Made by a program: the position numbers and the translations under genes | Part shown: positions 19,225-27,908 of the stretch, one piece after another | How the letters are laid out: each line of letters starts with the position of its first letter | How positions within the stretch are numbered: position 1 is the first letter of the stretch | Assembly (NCBI GenBank): GCA_031370785.1 | Contig: JANMQY010000114.1 | Location: 1-64,000, forward strand | From: Candidatus Eiseniibacteriota bacterium | GTDB lineage: Bacteria > Eisenbacteria > RBG-16-71-46 | Length of the DNA: 64,000 nucleotides | Reading direction: 5' to 3' | Notes under the pieces: model-generated | Database searches by the model: none | Told to the model about the DNA's origin: nothing | The model's input: the letters and a program-made list of their open reading frames with translations, nothing else

Positions 19225-20231
19225 GCGCAGTCCTCGTCGCGCGCGATTTCGAGCGCGTAGCGGCGCAGCTTTTTCAGCAATCCCTGGCGCGAGAGTCCGA
19301 GCAGACGGGCGGCGCGTGACTTGTTTCCATGCGCCCGGTCGAGCGCTTCGCGAAGGCGCCGCTCCTCGAGCGCCCGCGTCTCCGCATGCAGCCCGCGCAG
19401 GCCCAGTGCGCCCGAGCGCCCTGCGTCCGGCGTCTCGCGTACCGCGAACTCGGGCCAGTGCCACGGCTCGACGGTTCCGCGCGCGCCGGCCACGCGCACC
19501 GCATACGCGCACGCGTTGGCCAGTTCGCGCACGTTGCCCGGCCAGTCGTGGCGCAGCAGCCGCTCTCGCAGCGCGGGCGCGAGCGCGGGGGGCGTCGTGC
19601 CGCATCGTGCGGCGGCGGCCGCCAGAAAGTGGTCGGCGAGCACGAGCACGTCGTTGCCACGCTCGCGCAATGCCGGCAGGCGCAGGCGAACCGCGTTCAA
19701 CCGATAATAGAGATCGGAGCGAAACCTCGCGCCGGCAAGCTCCTGCTCGAGGTCGCGGTGCGTGGCCGAGATCACGCGCACGTTGATGCGCCTCAGGCGC
19801 GTATCGCCGACCCGCCGCGCCTCGCCCTCCTGCAGCACTCGCAGCAGCTTCATCTGCAGGAGCGCGCTGGCGTCGCCGATCTCGTCCAGGAACAGCGTGC
19901 CGTGATCCGCCGCCTCGAACAGTCCGGTGCGATCGGCGATCGCCCCGGTGAATGCGCCGCGTGCGTGTCCGAACAGCTCGCTTTCGATCAGGCTGTCCGG
20001 GGTCGCACCGCAGTTGTGGGCTACGAATGCGGCGCTTCCCCGCGGGCTGAGCGCGTGAACCGCGCGCGCCACCAGCTCCTTTCCGGTGCCGGTTTCCCCG
20101 AGCACCAGAACCGGCAGCTCGCTCTCGGCCACGCGCGCGAGCTGCGCGCACACCTCACGCCAGGCCTGAGACTCGCCGAGCATCTCCGGCACTTCGGCCA
20201 CGCGCGACTTCTCGATCGTTCCCCGTTCCAT
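19221..20231 (-). CDS. Sigma54-dependent enhancer-binding protein (AAA+ and Fis HTH) lacking an N-terminal sensory domain
   Basis: [63 protein letters not shown] before start. Confidence 0.92.
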   Translation of the reverse strand: MERGTIEKSRVAEVPEMLGESQAWREVCAQLARVAESELPVLVLGETGTGKELVARAVHALSPRGSAAFVAHNCGATPDSLIESELFGHARGAFTGAIADRTGLFEAADHGTLFLDEIGDASALLQMKLLRVLQEGEARRVGDTRLRRINVRVISATHRDLEQELAGARFRSDLYYRLNAVRLRLPALRERGNDVLVLADHFLAAAAARCGTTPPALAPALRERLLRHDWPGNVRELANACAYAVRVAGARGTVEPWHWPEFAVRETPDAGRSGALGLRGLHAETRALEERRLREALDRAHGNKSRAARLLGLSRQGLLKKLRRYALEIARDEDCA

Positions 20232-20266
20232 CACCGCCACCTCCCACCGCCCCGGGGACTTGAGGA

Positions 20267-21283
20267 CTACCGCCAATCCACTCCGCGCTCTCCGGGGAGG
20301 ATCGCGCCGATCTGATACACCGTTTCGCCCGCGCGCTCGAGCGCCGCCTTCACTTCGTCGGCGGTGGCGGTCGCGCAGACCGCCAGCATGCCGATGCCCA
20401 GGTTGAGCGCGCTGCGCGCGTCGTCCTCCGGCACTCCGCCCGCCGCGATCAGCCAGCGGAACAGGGCGGGACGCGGCCACATCGCAGAATCGATCTCGGC
20501 CCGGCAGCCCTCCGGCAGCACGCGCACGAGGTTTCCGGGGATGCCGCCGCCGGTGACGTGAGCGAGCACATGCACCAGTCCCTGCTCGACCAGCGGCAGC
20601 AGCGAGCGTCCGTACCAGCGGTGCGGCGCGAGCAGCGCATCGGACAGATTTTCCCCCGCCCCACCCGGCAGCTCCGAGGTCACCGCGAGGCGCGACGCGG
20701 CGAGAACCCGGCGCGCCAGCGAGTATCCGTTGGTGTGCAGCCCGCTCCCCGCGATCCCGAGCACCACATCGCCCACGCGCACCCCCGACCCGTCGAGCAG
20801 CGTTTCCTGCGCCACCGATCCCAGCAGGCATCCGGCGACGTCCACCACGCCCGGCAGGTAGGTGTCCGGCATCTCCGCGGTCTCGCCGCCCAGCAGGACC
20901 GCGCCCACCTCGAGGCACCCGCGTGCGAGCCCTTCGATCACGGCCGCGACCACGCCCGGATCGAGCTGCGCCTGCGCGATGTAGTCGAGCAGCGCAAGCG
21001 GCTTCGCGCCATGAACCAGCAGGTCATTGGCCCCGTGGTAGACCAGATCGGCCGCGGCGTCCGCGACCCGTCCCGCGATGAGCGCCAGCTGGAGCTTGGT
21101 GCCAACGCCGTCCATGGTCGCGGCCACCAGCTGCTGCTTGCCACCCGGCCACTCCATTACGCCCGCGAATCCGCGCGGAAGCGGGCGCACGCGATCCGAC
21201 CAGGTCTGCTGCACTGTGACGAGGAGCGCGTGCTTGAGCGCATCCGAGCGCGTCACGTCCACCCCCGCGTCGCGGTAGCGCAT
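20267..21283 (-). CDS. purM: Phosphoribosylformylglycinamidine cyclo-ligase (AIR synthetase)
   Basis: [46 protein letters not shown]. Confidence 0.96.
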   Translation of the reverse strand: MRYRDAGVDVTRSDALKHALLVTVQQTWSDRVRPLPRGFAGVMEWPGGKQQLVAATMDGVGTKLQLALIAGRVADAAADLVYHGANDLLVHGAKPLALLDYIAQAQLDPGVVAAVIEGLARGCLEVGAVLLGGETAEMPDTYLPGVVDVAGCLLGSVAQETLLDGSGVRVGDVVLGIAGSGLHTNGYSLARRVLAASRLAVTSELPGGAGENLSDALLAPHRWYGRSLLPLVEQGLVHVLAHVTGGGIPGNLVRVLPEGCRAEIDSAMWPRPALFRWLIAAGGVPEDDARSALNLGIGMLAVCATATADEVKAALERAGETVYQIGAILPGERGVDWR

Positions 21284-22611
21284 CAGCCGCGCGCGCGCCG
21301 GGGATTGAGGCGGAGCTGAAGAAGATCCTCGCTGCTGGGACTGGGGATGATCGGGAAGTCACCGGCACGATGCAGGCGGACCAGGCATTCGACCACGCGC
21401 GTATCGAATTGCGTTCCCGCGCCGCGACTCAGCTCGTTGAGCGCGGCCTGGACCGAGAGCGCGCGCCGATACGGGCGATCCGAGGTCATGGCGTCGAACG
21501 CGTCGCACACGTTGAGCACGCGGGCACCGAGCGGCACGTCCTCCGAGCCGAGACCGAACGGATAGCCCTGCCCGTCGGGGCGCTCGTGATGGGTGCGCAC
21601 GATCTCGGCCGAGCGCCTGAGCGCGCGCACTTTCGCCACGATCTCGGCCCCGGCCGCGGGATGCGCGCGCAACGTCCGCTGCTCCTCGTGCGAGAGCGAG
21701 CCTGGCTTCTGCAGGATGTGCTGATGCTGCGGCCCGATCTTGCCCAGGTCGTGCACCAGCGCAGCGTATTCGATCTCCTCGATCTCGCGCTCGGACACGT
21801 GCAGGCCGCGGGCGAGGCGTTGCGAGTATTGCGAGACGCGCACCGAGTGGTGCCGGGTGTAGGGATCGACCGCTTCGAGCACTTCGGAGAGCGCACGGAC
21901 GAAGTCCTTCAAGTCGGAGCGGATTTCCAGGTAGAGGCGGAACGAGTGGCGCGCGACCAGGAACGGCAGCCCGCACAACGCGAGCGTCCACGCACCCGCG
22001 TGCTGATAGGTCACGGTCACGAGCGCGCCGAGCCCGATGAACGAGAGGTGATGCATCAGGCTGTCCTGAAAGTTGCGCTGCCAGATCCGCCACGGATCGG
22101 GACCGGCGGTGAGCCCGATCACGAGCGTGACCAGCAGCGTGTTGCACACGAACAGCGCGATCCCGCACACCAGGAGAGGGATCAGATCGCCCGGGAAGCG
22201 CAGCCGGCCGACCTCGCCGCCAGCAGCGTGGAACGCGGCGGCGGCCACGAAATAACCGAGCGTGAAGATCGCGGCATTGAATACCACGCGCACCGGGGGC
22301 TTGCGTAGCATCAGCCCCTGAACGGTGAGCGTCGAGACCACGTCGAGCGCGGCGACGTACACCGGGCCGAGCAGGACCAGGAGCGGGAGATCGATCGCGG
22401 CGCTGGCGGTCGCATAGCCGCCGCCCGGAAGAGCGACCGGGCTCGCCTCGATGAACATCATCAGCCCGAGCGCGACGACCAGCAGCAGGGGCTGCGGCGC
22501 GGGTGGCAGCGAGCGGAGCCCGAAGGCGAGCGCGGTCACCGCCGCGAGCACCACAGCGACGTAGTAGAGCGTGAACAGGCGGGGGTGTCTGGCGTCCCGG
22601 AATAGAGTCAC
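21283..22611 (-). CDS. Membrane-anchored HD-GYP cyclic-dinucleotide phosphodiesterase
   Basis: About 6-7 hydrophobic segments in the first ~225 aa; DPYTRHHSVRV, HDLGKIG, HHERPDGQGYPFGL, DAFDAMTSDRPYR; stop overlaps purM start (TGATG). Confidence 0.93.
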   Translation of the reverse strand: MTLFRDARHPRLFTLYYVAVVLAAVTALAFGLRSLPPAPQPLLLVVALGLMMFIEASPVALPGGGYATASAAIDLPLLVLLGPVYVAALDVVSTLTVQGLMLRKPPVRVVFNAAIFTLGYFVAAAAFHAAGGEVGRLRFPGDLIPLLVCGIALFVCNTLLVTLVIGLTAGPDPWRIWQRNFQDSLMHHLSFIGLGALVTVTYQHAGAWTLALCGLPFLVARHSFRLYLEIRSDLKDFVRALSEVLEAVDPYTRHHSVRVSQYSQRLARGLHVSEREIEEIEYAALVHDLGKIGPQHQHILQKPGSLSHEEQRTLRAHPAAGAEIVAKVRALRRSAEIVRTHHERPDGQGYPFGLGSEDVPLGARVLNVCDAFDAMTSDRPYRRALSVQAALNELSRGAGTQFDTRVVECLVRLHRAGDFPIIPSPSSEDLLQLRLNPRRARG

Positions 22612-22683
22612 GTTCGCGACCGGGGGACCGAGTAGGCGCTGGAAGGTGGGCGCAGAAGAAAGGAAACCGTCACCGGATTTGGA

Positions 22684-22714
22684 GCACAGCCGACCAGTTC
22701 GGGTCGCGCTATGC
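22684..22714 (-). promoter_or_regulatory. Stem-loop immediately downstream of small peptide ORF
   Basis: mRNA GCAUAGC-G-CGACC-CGAACU-GGUCG-GCUGUGC (7+5 bp, one G-U pair), followed about 20 nt later by UUUCCUUUCUUCU. Confidence 0.45.
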
Positions 22715-22727
22715 CTGCGTCAGATTG

Positions 22728-22778
22728 CTACCAGCCGGCTTTGCCGAAGAAATTGATGAGGTCGTCGAGGAACTCCAC
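22728..22778 (-). CDS. Unannotated 16-aa peptide MEFLDDLINFFGKAGW
   Basis: AAAGGAGGTG SD, 8 nt from GGAGG to GTG start; GC3-rich codons in an otherwise AT-richer spacer; TAG stop; below the ORF-track cutoff. Confidence 0.75.
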   Translation of the reverse strand: MEFLDDLINFFGKAGW

Positions 22779-22855
22779 GAAGCCCACCTCCTTTACTTAA
22801 GAGATTCTGCGGGGATTCTTCTCTATGCCCGTCAGGTGGGTCCGCTTCGCTATTT

Positions 22856-23620
22856 TTATCCTCGTCTCGCTCCGCTCTCCTTGGCCGGTGACGGTTTCAA
22901 GATATATTCCGTTGGCTCTTTGGTTCGCAAACCACCCACCACCCGATTGAGAGCGGAGAGCGTCGCGAGTACCACGGCCTGCTGCGCATCCTGCTCTACC
23001 GCGCAGCTTCCTACCAGCAGTTTTTCCTGCCGGTGGGCAAGCAACGTCAGGCCAATCACCACAGCGTCCTGACGTCCTATCCGCACGAACGCGATTTCAG
23101 AGACTCCGAGTGCCACGTCCTCATCGAGGAATTCCTGCACCGCAGCCAGAGTCGCCGCTGCGATCAGACGATGCGCGCCGTCGCGTGTACTCCAGCCGGA
23201 GGCGCTGCCCATTCTCGGCGCACCCTTCCAGCGCAGCTCGACCTGGGCCTGCGTGCGGGGGCCAGCGACATAGAGATTGACGCTGCCGAATCGAATGCGG
23301 TCGTCGGTTGCCGGCTCGGGCGTGGCCTCCGTGGCAGGCGGGGCGACTTCGACGATCCGAGGCTGCGGCGCCGGCTGATCTGCCTGCGTAAAGGCCACCG
23401 ACACAATTCGATGGTCAATTTGTTTGTTGAGTCGGTTGAAGAGAAGAGTCTGGACGTCTCGTACAATCTGCTTCGGCGGGCGCGCGGAGGTCGAAAGGAT
23501 GTGGATCGTTCGAATCACTTCGCCGTCGGCTTCGATGCGGACATCGTCCACGTCGCGCAACGACCGGATCGCTGCTTCCGCCCTGGCGGACCATGAGACT
23601 CGCGTGTTGTCGACAGCCAC
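22856..23620 (-). CDS. Hypothetical protein: N-terminal alpha/beta domain, Pro-rich linker, C-terminal LeuA-allosteric-domain-like region
   Basis: IHILSTSARPPKQIVRDVQT..IDHRIVSVA N-domain; C-terminal duplicated beta-beta-beta-alpha pattern ending GSCAVEQDAQQAVVLATLSALNR; AGAGGGGAG SD before GTG 23620. Confidence 0.75.
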   Translation of the reverse strand: MAVDNTRVSWSARAEAAIRSLRDVDDVRIEADGEVIRTIHILSTSARPPKQIVRDVQTLLFNRLNKQIDHRIVSVAFTQADQPAPQPRIVEVAPPATEATPEPATDDRIRFGSVNLYVAGPRTQAQVELRWKGAPRMGSASGWSTRDGAHRLIAAATLAAVQEFLDEDVALGVSEIAFVRIGRQDAVVIGLTLLAHRQEKLLVGSCAVEQDAQQAVVLATLSALNRVVGGLRTKEPTEYILKPSPAKESGARRG

Positions 23621-23724
23621 GGCCCACACTCCCCTCTTCGTCACCAATCTTCTCAAACCGCTGAAACGCGGAGATACCGTAACACAGTGGGCGCGGATCT
23701 GGCCATTCTCAGATACTTCGGCCG

Positions 23725-24678
23725 CTAAAACATGGGCTCGAGGTCAAAGTGTACCATTCGGTGCAGAACCTCGACGCGCTGCGCGATCTCGCCCGTCCCC
23801 GTGTCCGCCAAGCGCATCGGGCTGAAGCCTTCGATCGCGACCGAGGCCATCGCCGCCCCGCAGGCGAGTGCCTGCCGGAGCGCGTTGCCATCGGTGCGGC
23901 CGCAGCGCGCCAGCCACCCGATGAAGCCGCCCGCGAACGAATCGCCGGCACCGGTCGGATCGGTCAACGCCTCGACCGGGAATGCCGGAGTGATGAATCG
24001 CTCGCGCGCCGACTGGAACAGCGCGCCATGCTCGCCCTTCTTGATGATCACCGCCCTCGCCCCCTGCTCGATCAGCCGGTCCGCGGCGCGCACCAGCTGG
24101 GTTTCCGCGGCGAGCGCGCGCGCCTCCTCTTCGTTCAGCAGCGCGACGTCCACCTGGCGCAGCACCTCGAGGACGCGATCCGGCTTGCGCGCGATCCAGT
24201 AGTTCATGGTGTCGCTCAGGGTGAGTGCCGGCGAGCGCATCTGTGAGAGGACCTCGAGCTGCAGATCGGGATCGATGTTCGCGAGGAACACGTAGGGGCA
24301 CGCGCGGTGCCCGTCGTCGAGACGCGGATGGAACGACGAGAACACGTTCAATTGGGTCTCGAGCGTGCGCGCGTGCCCGAGCTCGGCCGAGTACTCGCCG
24401 CGCCAGCGGAAGGTCCTGCCTTTCGCGGTCTCGAGTCCCGCAAGATCCACGCCGCGCTTCTTGAACAGCGCGCGGTGGATGTCCGGGAAATCCTCGCCCA
24501 CCACCGCGACGATTCGCACCGGCGCGAAATGACTCGCCGAGCACGCGAAGTAGGATGCCGAGCCGCCCAGCGCCTCGACCGCCTCGCCGAACGGGGTGCG
24601 CACCGAATCCAGCGCTACCGATCCCACGACCAGGATGTCGTTCCCCGGCGAAACCGGCCGATCGCGCCGCCCGATCAC
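23725..24678 (-). CDS. PfkB-family carbohydrate/nucleoside kinase
   Basis: VVGSVALD, LGGSASY, NEEEA, KKGEHGA, DPTGAGDSFAGGF; GTGA overlap with argS. Confidence 0.92.
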   Translation of the reverse strand: MIGRRDRPVSPGNDILVVGSVALDSVRTPFGEAVEALGGSASYFACSASHFAPVRIVAVVGEDFPDIHRALFKKRGVDLAGLETAKGRTFRWRGEYSAELGHARTLETQLNVFSSFHPRLDDGHRACPYVFLANIDPDLQLEVLSQMRSPALTLSDTMNYWIARKPDRVLEVLRQVDVALLNEEEARALAAETQLVRAADRLIEQGARAVIIKKGEHGALFQSARERFITPAFPVEALTDPTGAGDSFAGGFIGWLARCGRTDGNALRQALACGAAMASVAIEGFSPMRLADTGTGEIAQRVEVLHRMVHFDLEPMF

Positions 24679-26453
24679 GCGATCGCCTCCGCCGAGCGCT
24701 CCATGCGCTCCGGGGCGGAGACTCCCATCAGCGCGAGGCCGTTGCCCAGCACCACCCGCGTCGCATCGGCGAGCAGCAGGCGCGAGCGCGAACGCGCCAC
24801 GTCGTCACTCACCACACGGCACGCATGGTAGAAGCGGTGAAACTCCGCAGCGGTCTCGACCAGGTATCCCGGGATCCGGTGCGGCTCGCGCGCCGCGGCC
24901 GCGCCGCGAACCACCTCGGGGAACGCGGCGAGCTTGCGGATCAGCGCGAATTCTTCAGAGGCCTCGTACTTCGTCTCGGCCGGCGCGATCCCCGTAGCCG
25001 ACGGGCCCCCGGTCCCCTGCGCCATTGCGGGCGCCCGGGCCGGGGTCAGGCCCTTCTCCGCGGCGAAGCGCAGCACCGATGCGATTCGGGCATGTGCGTA
25101 CTGCACGTAGTACGCGGGATTCTCGTCGTTCTGGCGGCGCGCCAGATCCAGATCGAAGTCGAGGTGCGCGCTGGTCGAGCGCATCAGGAAAAAGAACTTC
25201 GCGCAGTCCGCGCCCACGTCGTCCATCAGATCGCGCAGCGTCACGAACTCGCCGGCGCGCTTGCTCATCTTCACCGGCTGGCCGTTCGCGAGCAGGTTCA
25301 CCTGCTGCACGATGAGGACCTCGAGGAAGTCGGGCTCGAGCCCGAGCGCGAGCAGCGCCGCCTTCATGCGCGGGACATAGCCGTGGTGATCCGGCCCCCA
25401 CAGGTCGATCGCGTGGCGAAATCCGCGCGCACGCTTGTCGCGGTGGTAGGCGATGTCGGGCAGCAGATAGGTCGGCGCTCCGTTGCTCTTGACCACGACC
25501 CGGTCCTGATCGTCGCCGAAGCGTCCGGTGCGAAGGAAAGTGGCTTCCTCGAGTCCCTCACGCTCCTCCTCGTCGGCGGGCCGGTCCTTGCTCGCGATCT
25601 CCGGGCGAAGCGCGCGGTACACCATGTCGCGCCCGGCCAGCACTTCGAGCGTGGAATCGACCGCGCCCGAGCGGTGAAGCTCGGACTCGCGGTACCAGCG
25701 CGCGAACTCGGCGCCATAGTCGGAGAGGTCACGCTGCTGCGATGCCAGCATGCGCTCGAGCGCACGATCGCGGAACCACGCGGTGCCGCCCGGCGCATCC
25801 AGCGCCGCGCGCCCTTCGCGCTCCGGCAGGGCCGCGGCGATCTCCTGCACATAGCTGCCCTGATATCCGTTCTCGGGAAGAGCGCGTTCGAGCCCGACGC
25901 GCTGCGCGAAGCGGGCGGCCACCGATTCCCCGAGCAAGTCCACCTGGTTGCCCGCGTCGTTCACATAGAACTCGCCCGCGGCCTCGTGCCCGGTCGCCTT
26001 CAGCAGCCGCACCAGTGTGGCGCCGACCGCCGCCGCGCGCGCGCTCACGATGTTGAGCGGTCCGGTGGGATTCGCGCTCACGTATTCGACCAGCACGTTC
26101 GTGCCGTGCGCCTGATCCGAGCCTCCGAAGCGTTCGCCTTCCGCGACCACGCGCGCCGGGAGTTCCGAGAGGAATGTCTGGCTGTACCGGAAGTTGAGGA
26201 AACCGGGACCGGCGACCTCGACCGAGGCGAATCGTTCGGGATCGGGCGGAAACGCGGCGGCGAGCGCTTCGGCCACCGCGCGCGGCGGCCGCTTCGCCTG
26301 CTTGGCCAGCAGCAGCGAGAGGTTGGTGGTCCAGTCGCCGTGCGCGGAATCGCGCGGAATCGCCAGCTCGAGGCGTCGAAGTTCCTCCTCGCCGCCGAGC
26401 CCGGTGACCTTCAGCGCCTCCGCGAGACCGTCAGTCAGCGCTTTCCAGACCAA
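24675..26453 (-). CDS. argS: Arginine--tRNA ligase
   Basis: HGDWTTN, AGPGFLNF, VEYVSANPTGPL, YVNDAGNQ, DIAYHRDK, KMSKRAG, YYVQYAHARIASV, GVSAPERM; TTG start with GGAG SD inferred. Confidence 0.96.
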   Translation of the reverse strand: MVWKALTDGLAEALKVTGLGGEEELRRLELAIPRDSAHGDWTTNLSLLLAKQAKRPPRAVAEALAAAFPPDPERFASVEVAGPGFLNFRYSQTFLSELPARVVAEGERFGGSDQAHGTNVLVEYVSANPTGPLNIVSARAAAVGATLVRLLKATGHEAAGEFYVNDAGNQVDLLGESVAARFAQRVGLERALPENGYQGSYVQEIAAALPEREGRAALDAPGGTAWFRDRALERMLASQQRDLSDYGAEFARWYRESELHRSGAVDSTLEVLAGRDMVYRALRPEIASKDRPADEEEREGLEEATFLRTGRFGDDQDRVVVKSNGAPTYLLPDIAYHRDKRARGFRHAIDLWGPDHHGYVPRMKAALLALGLEPDFLEVLIVQQVNLLANGQPVKMSKRAGEFVTLRDLMDDVGADCAKFFFLMRSTSAHLDFDLDLARRQNDENPAYYVQYAHARIASVLRFAAEKGLTPARAPAMAQGTGGPSATGIAPAETKYEASEEFALIRKLAAFPEVVRGAAAAREPHRIPGYLVETAAEFHRFYHACRVVSDDVARSRSRLLLADATRVVLGNGLALMGVSAPERMERSAEAIA

Positions 26454-26850
26454 GATCCAGACTCCGGGCGTCGCCCCACAGGCGATCCAGCATGTAGTAC
26501 TCGCGGGTCTTCTCGTGGAATACGTGCACCACGATCTCGACGTAGTCGAGCAGCACCCAGCGCCGGCCTTCGAGGCCTTCGACGTGCCATGGCCGCGCGC
26601 CCGCATCGCGCAGCCGGTCCTCGACCGATTCGGCGATGGCCTTGACCTGAACCTCGCTCGAGCCGGACAGGATCACGAAGTAGTCGCATACCCCACCGAG
26701 CCCGGTCAGGTCGAGCGCCACCGGACGGCTCGCCTTCTTGGCGAGCCCGGCGTCGACCGCACGGTGCACCAGCGACAGGGCATCGAAGCGCGGCTTCGGA
26801 GACGGACGAGCGCCGATCGGGGCGTTTCCAGCGCGCCTGGGCTGGGTCAA
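26431..26850 (-). CDS. rsfS: Ribosomal silencing factor RsfS (Iojap)
   Basis: KKA..VALDL..CDYFVI..QVKAIA, WVLLDY..VVHVF..REYYMLDRLWGDA; TTG start overlapping upstream TGA. Confidence 0.92.
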   Translation of the reverse strand: MTQPRRAGNAPIGARPSPKPRFDALSLVHRAVDAGLAKKASRPVALDLTGLGGVCDYFVILSGSSEVQVKAIAESVEDRLRDAGARPWHVEGLEGRRWVLLDYVEIVVHVFHEKTREYYMLDRLWGDARSLDLGLESAD

Positions 26851-27827
26851 TGGTCGCGCCGCACGGCGTAATCCACCGCGGTGTCGAGCGCGCGGCGTGC
26901 GGCGTTGTCGGGCTCTCCATCGAGGAGACGGCGCGCCTCTTCGGCCAGCGCCAGCGCGCGGGTGCGTGCGTACTCGAACCCGCCGCATTTCTCGATCAGA
27001 GCACGCAGCTGATTCCACTGCGGCTGCGTCCAGCGCTTGCGCAATGCAAGGCGCCGCAGTCGCATGCGATCGCGATCTCCCGCGCTTCGAAGCGCGGCGA
27101 TCAGCGGAAGCGTCACCTTGCCCTCCGCGAGGTCGTAACCGACCGGCTTGCCGGTGGTCTCGGGATCGCCGAGGTAGTCGAACAGGTCGTCGACGATCTG
27201 GAATGCCACGCCCACGGTCTCACCGAAGCGGCGATACTTCATGCGCCGCCGGGTGTCGCTTCCGCCGCCGTTCAGGCCCGCGCCGATCTCGGCCGAAGCC
27301 CCGATCAGCGAGCCGGTCTTGGCGCGGATCAGCTCCTCGTACTGCTGCTCGGTGACGTCCAGATCGAACGCGTATTGGAACTCGAGCGCCTCCCCGCACG
27401 ACATCTCGGTGACCACCCGGGCGAGGATGCCCATCGCCACGTTCTGCTTGTTCTCGACCAGCAGGGACATCGCCTGCGCGTAGAGATAGTCCCCCATGAT
27501 GATGGCCATCTCATCGGTCCACAACCCGTTCACCGTGGGCATGCCGCGCCTCATGTCGCTCTTGTCCACCGAGTCGTCGTGGATGAGCGCCGCCGCATGC
27601 ACCATCTCGACCACCGTGGCGCACAGAACCGCGTCACGGCCGAGATGCCCGCGCAGCCGCGCGACCAGCAGCAGCAGCGTCGGGCGGAACTTCTTCCCGC
27701 GCGTTGCCAGCACGTGGCCGCCAACCTGGTTCAGGATGGGTATGGGGGTGCGGAACAGATCGCGGAGACGGTTCTGGACCCGCTCCAGCTCGCGCCGCAC
27801 CGGCTTTTGGACCACGGTCATGGACAT
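26847..27827 (-). CDS. Polyprenyl diphosphate synthase
   Basis: GKKFRP, IHDDSVD..RRG, KTGSL, FQIVDDLFD, GKPVGYDL.EGKVTLP. Confidence 0.93.
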   Translation of the reverse strand: MSMTVVQKPVRRELERVQNRLRDLFRTPIPILNQVGGHVLATRGKKFRPTLLLLVARLRGHLGRDAVLCATVVEMVHAAALIHDDSVDKSDMRRGMPTVNGLWTDEMAIIMGDYLYAQAMSLLVENKQNVAMGILARVVTEMSCGEALEFQYAFDLDVTEQQYEELIRAKTGSLIGASAEIGAGLNGGGSDTRRRMKYRRFGETVGVAFQIVDDLFDYLGDPETTGKPVGYDLAEGKVTLPLIAALRSAGDRDRMRLRRLALRKRWTQPQWNQLRALIEKCGGFEYARTRALALAEEARRLLDGEPDNAARRALDTAVDYAVRRDH

Positions 27828-27878
27828 GGCGTTCGATGGGGACCGTTGGCACTGGCCCCGCTCCTTTTGGCGCGGAGC

Positions 27879-27908
27879 AGGATACGAGGCGCGTTCAGAG
27901 GGTGTCAA
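27879..27908 (-). promoter_or_regulatory. Sigma70-type promoter for polyprenyl synthase-rsfS-argS-pfkB
   Basis: TTGACA-18 nt-TATCCT; -35 box contains the cca stop codon. Confidence 0.65.

Noticed and set aside
20232..20918. Apparent N-terminal domain of the sigma54 activator in the ORF track
   Set aside because: It overlaps purM in another frame and has low-complexity Arg/Gly/Ala composition; an SD lies just before 20231-20234.
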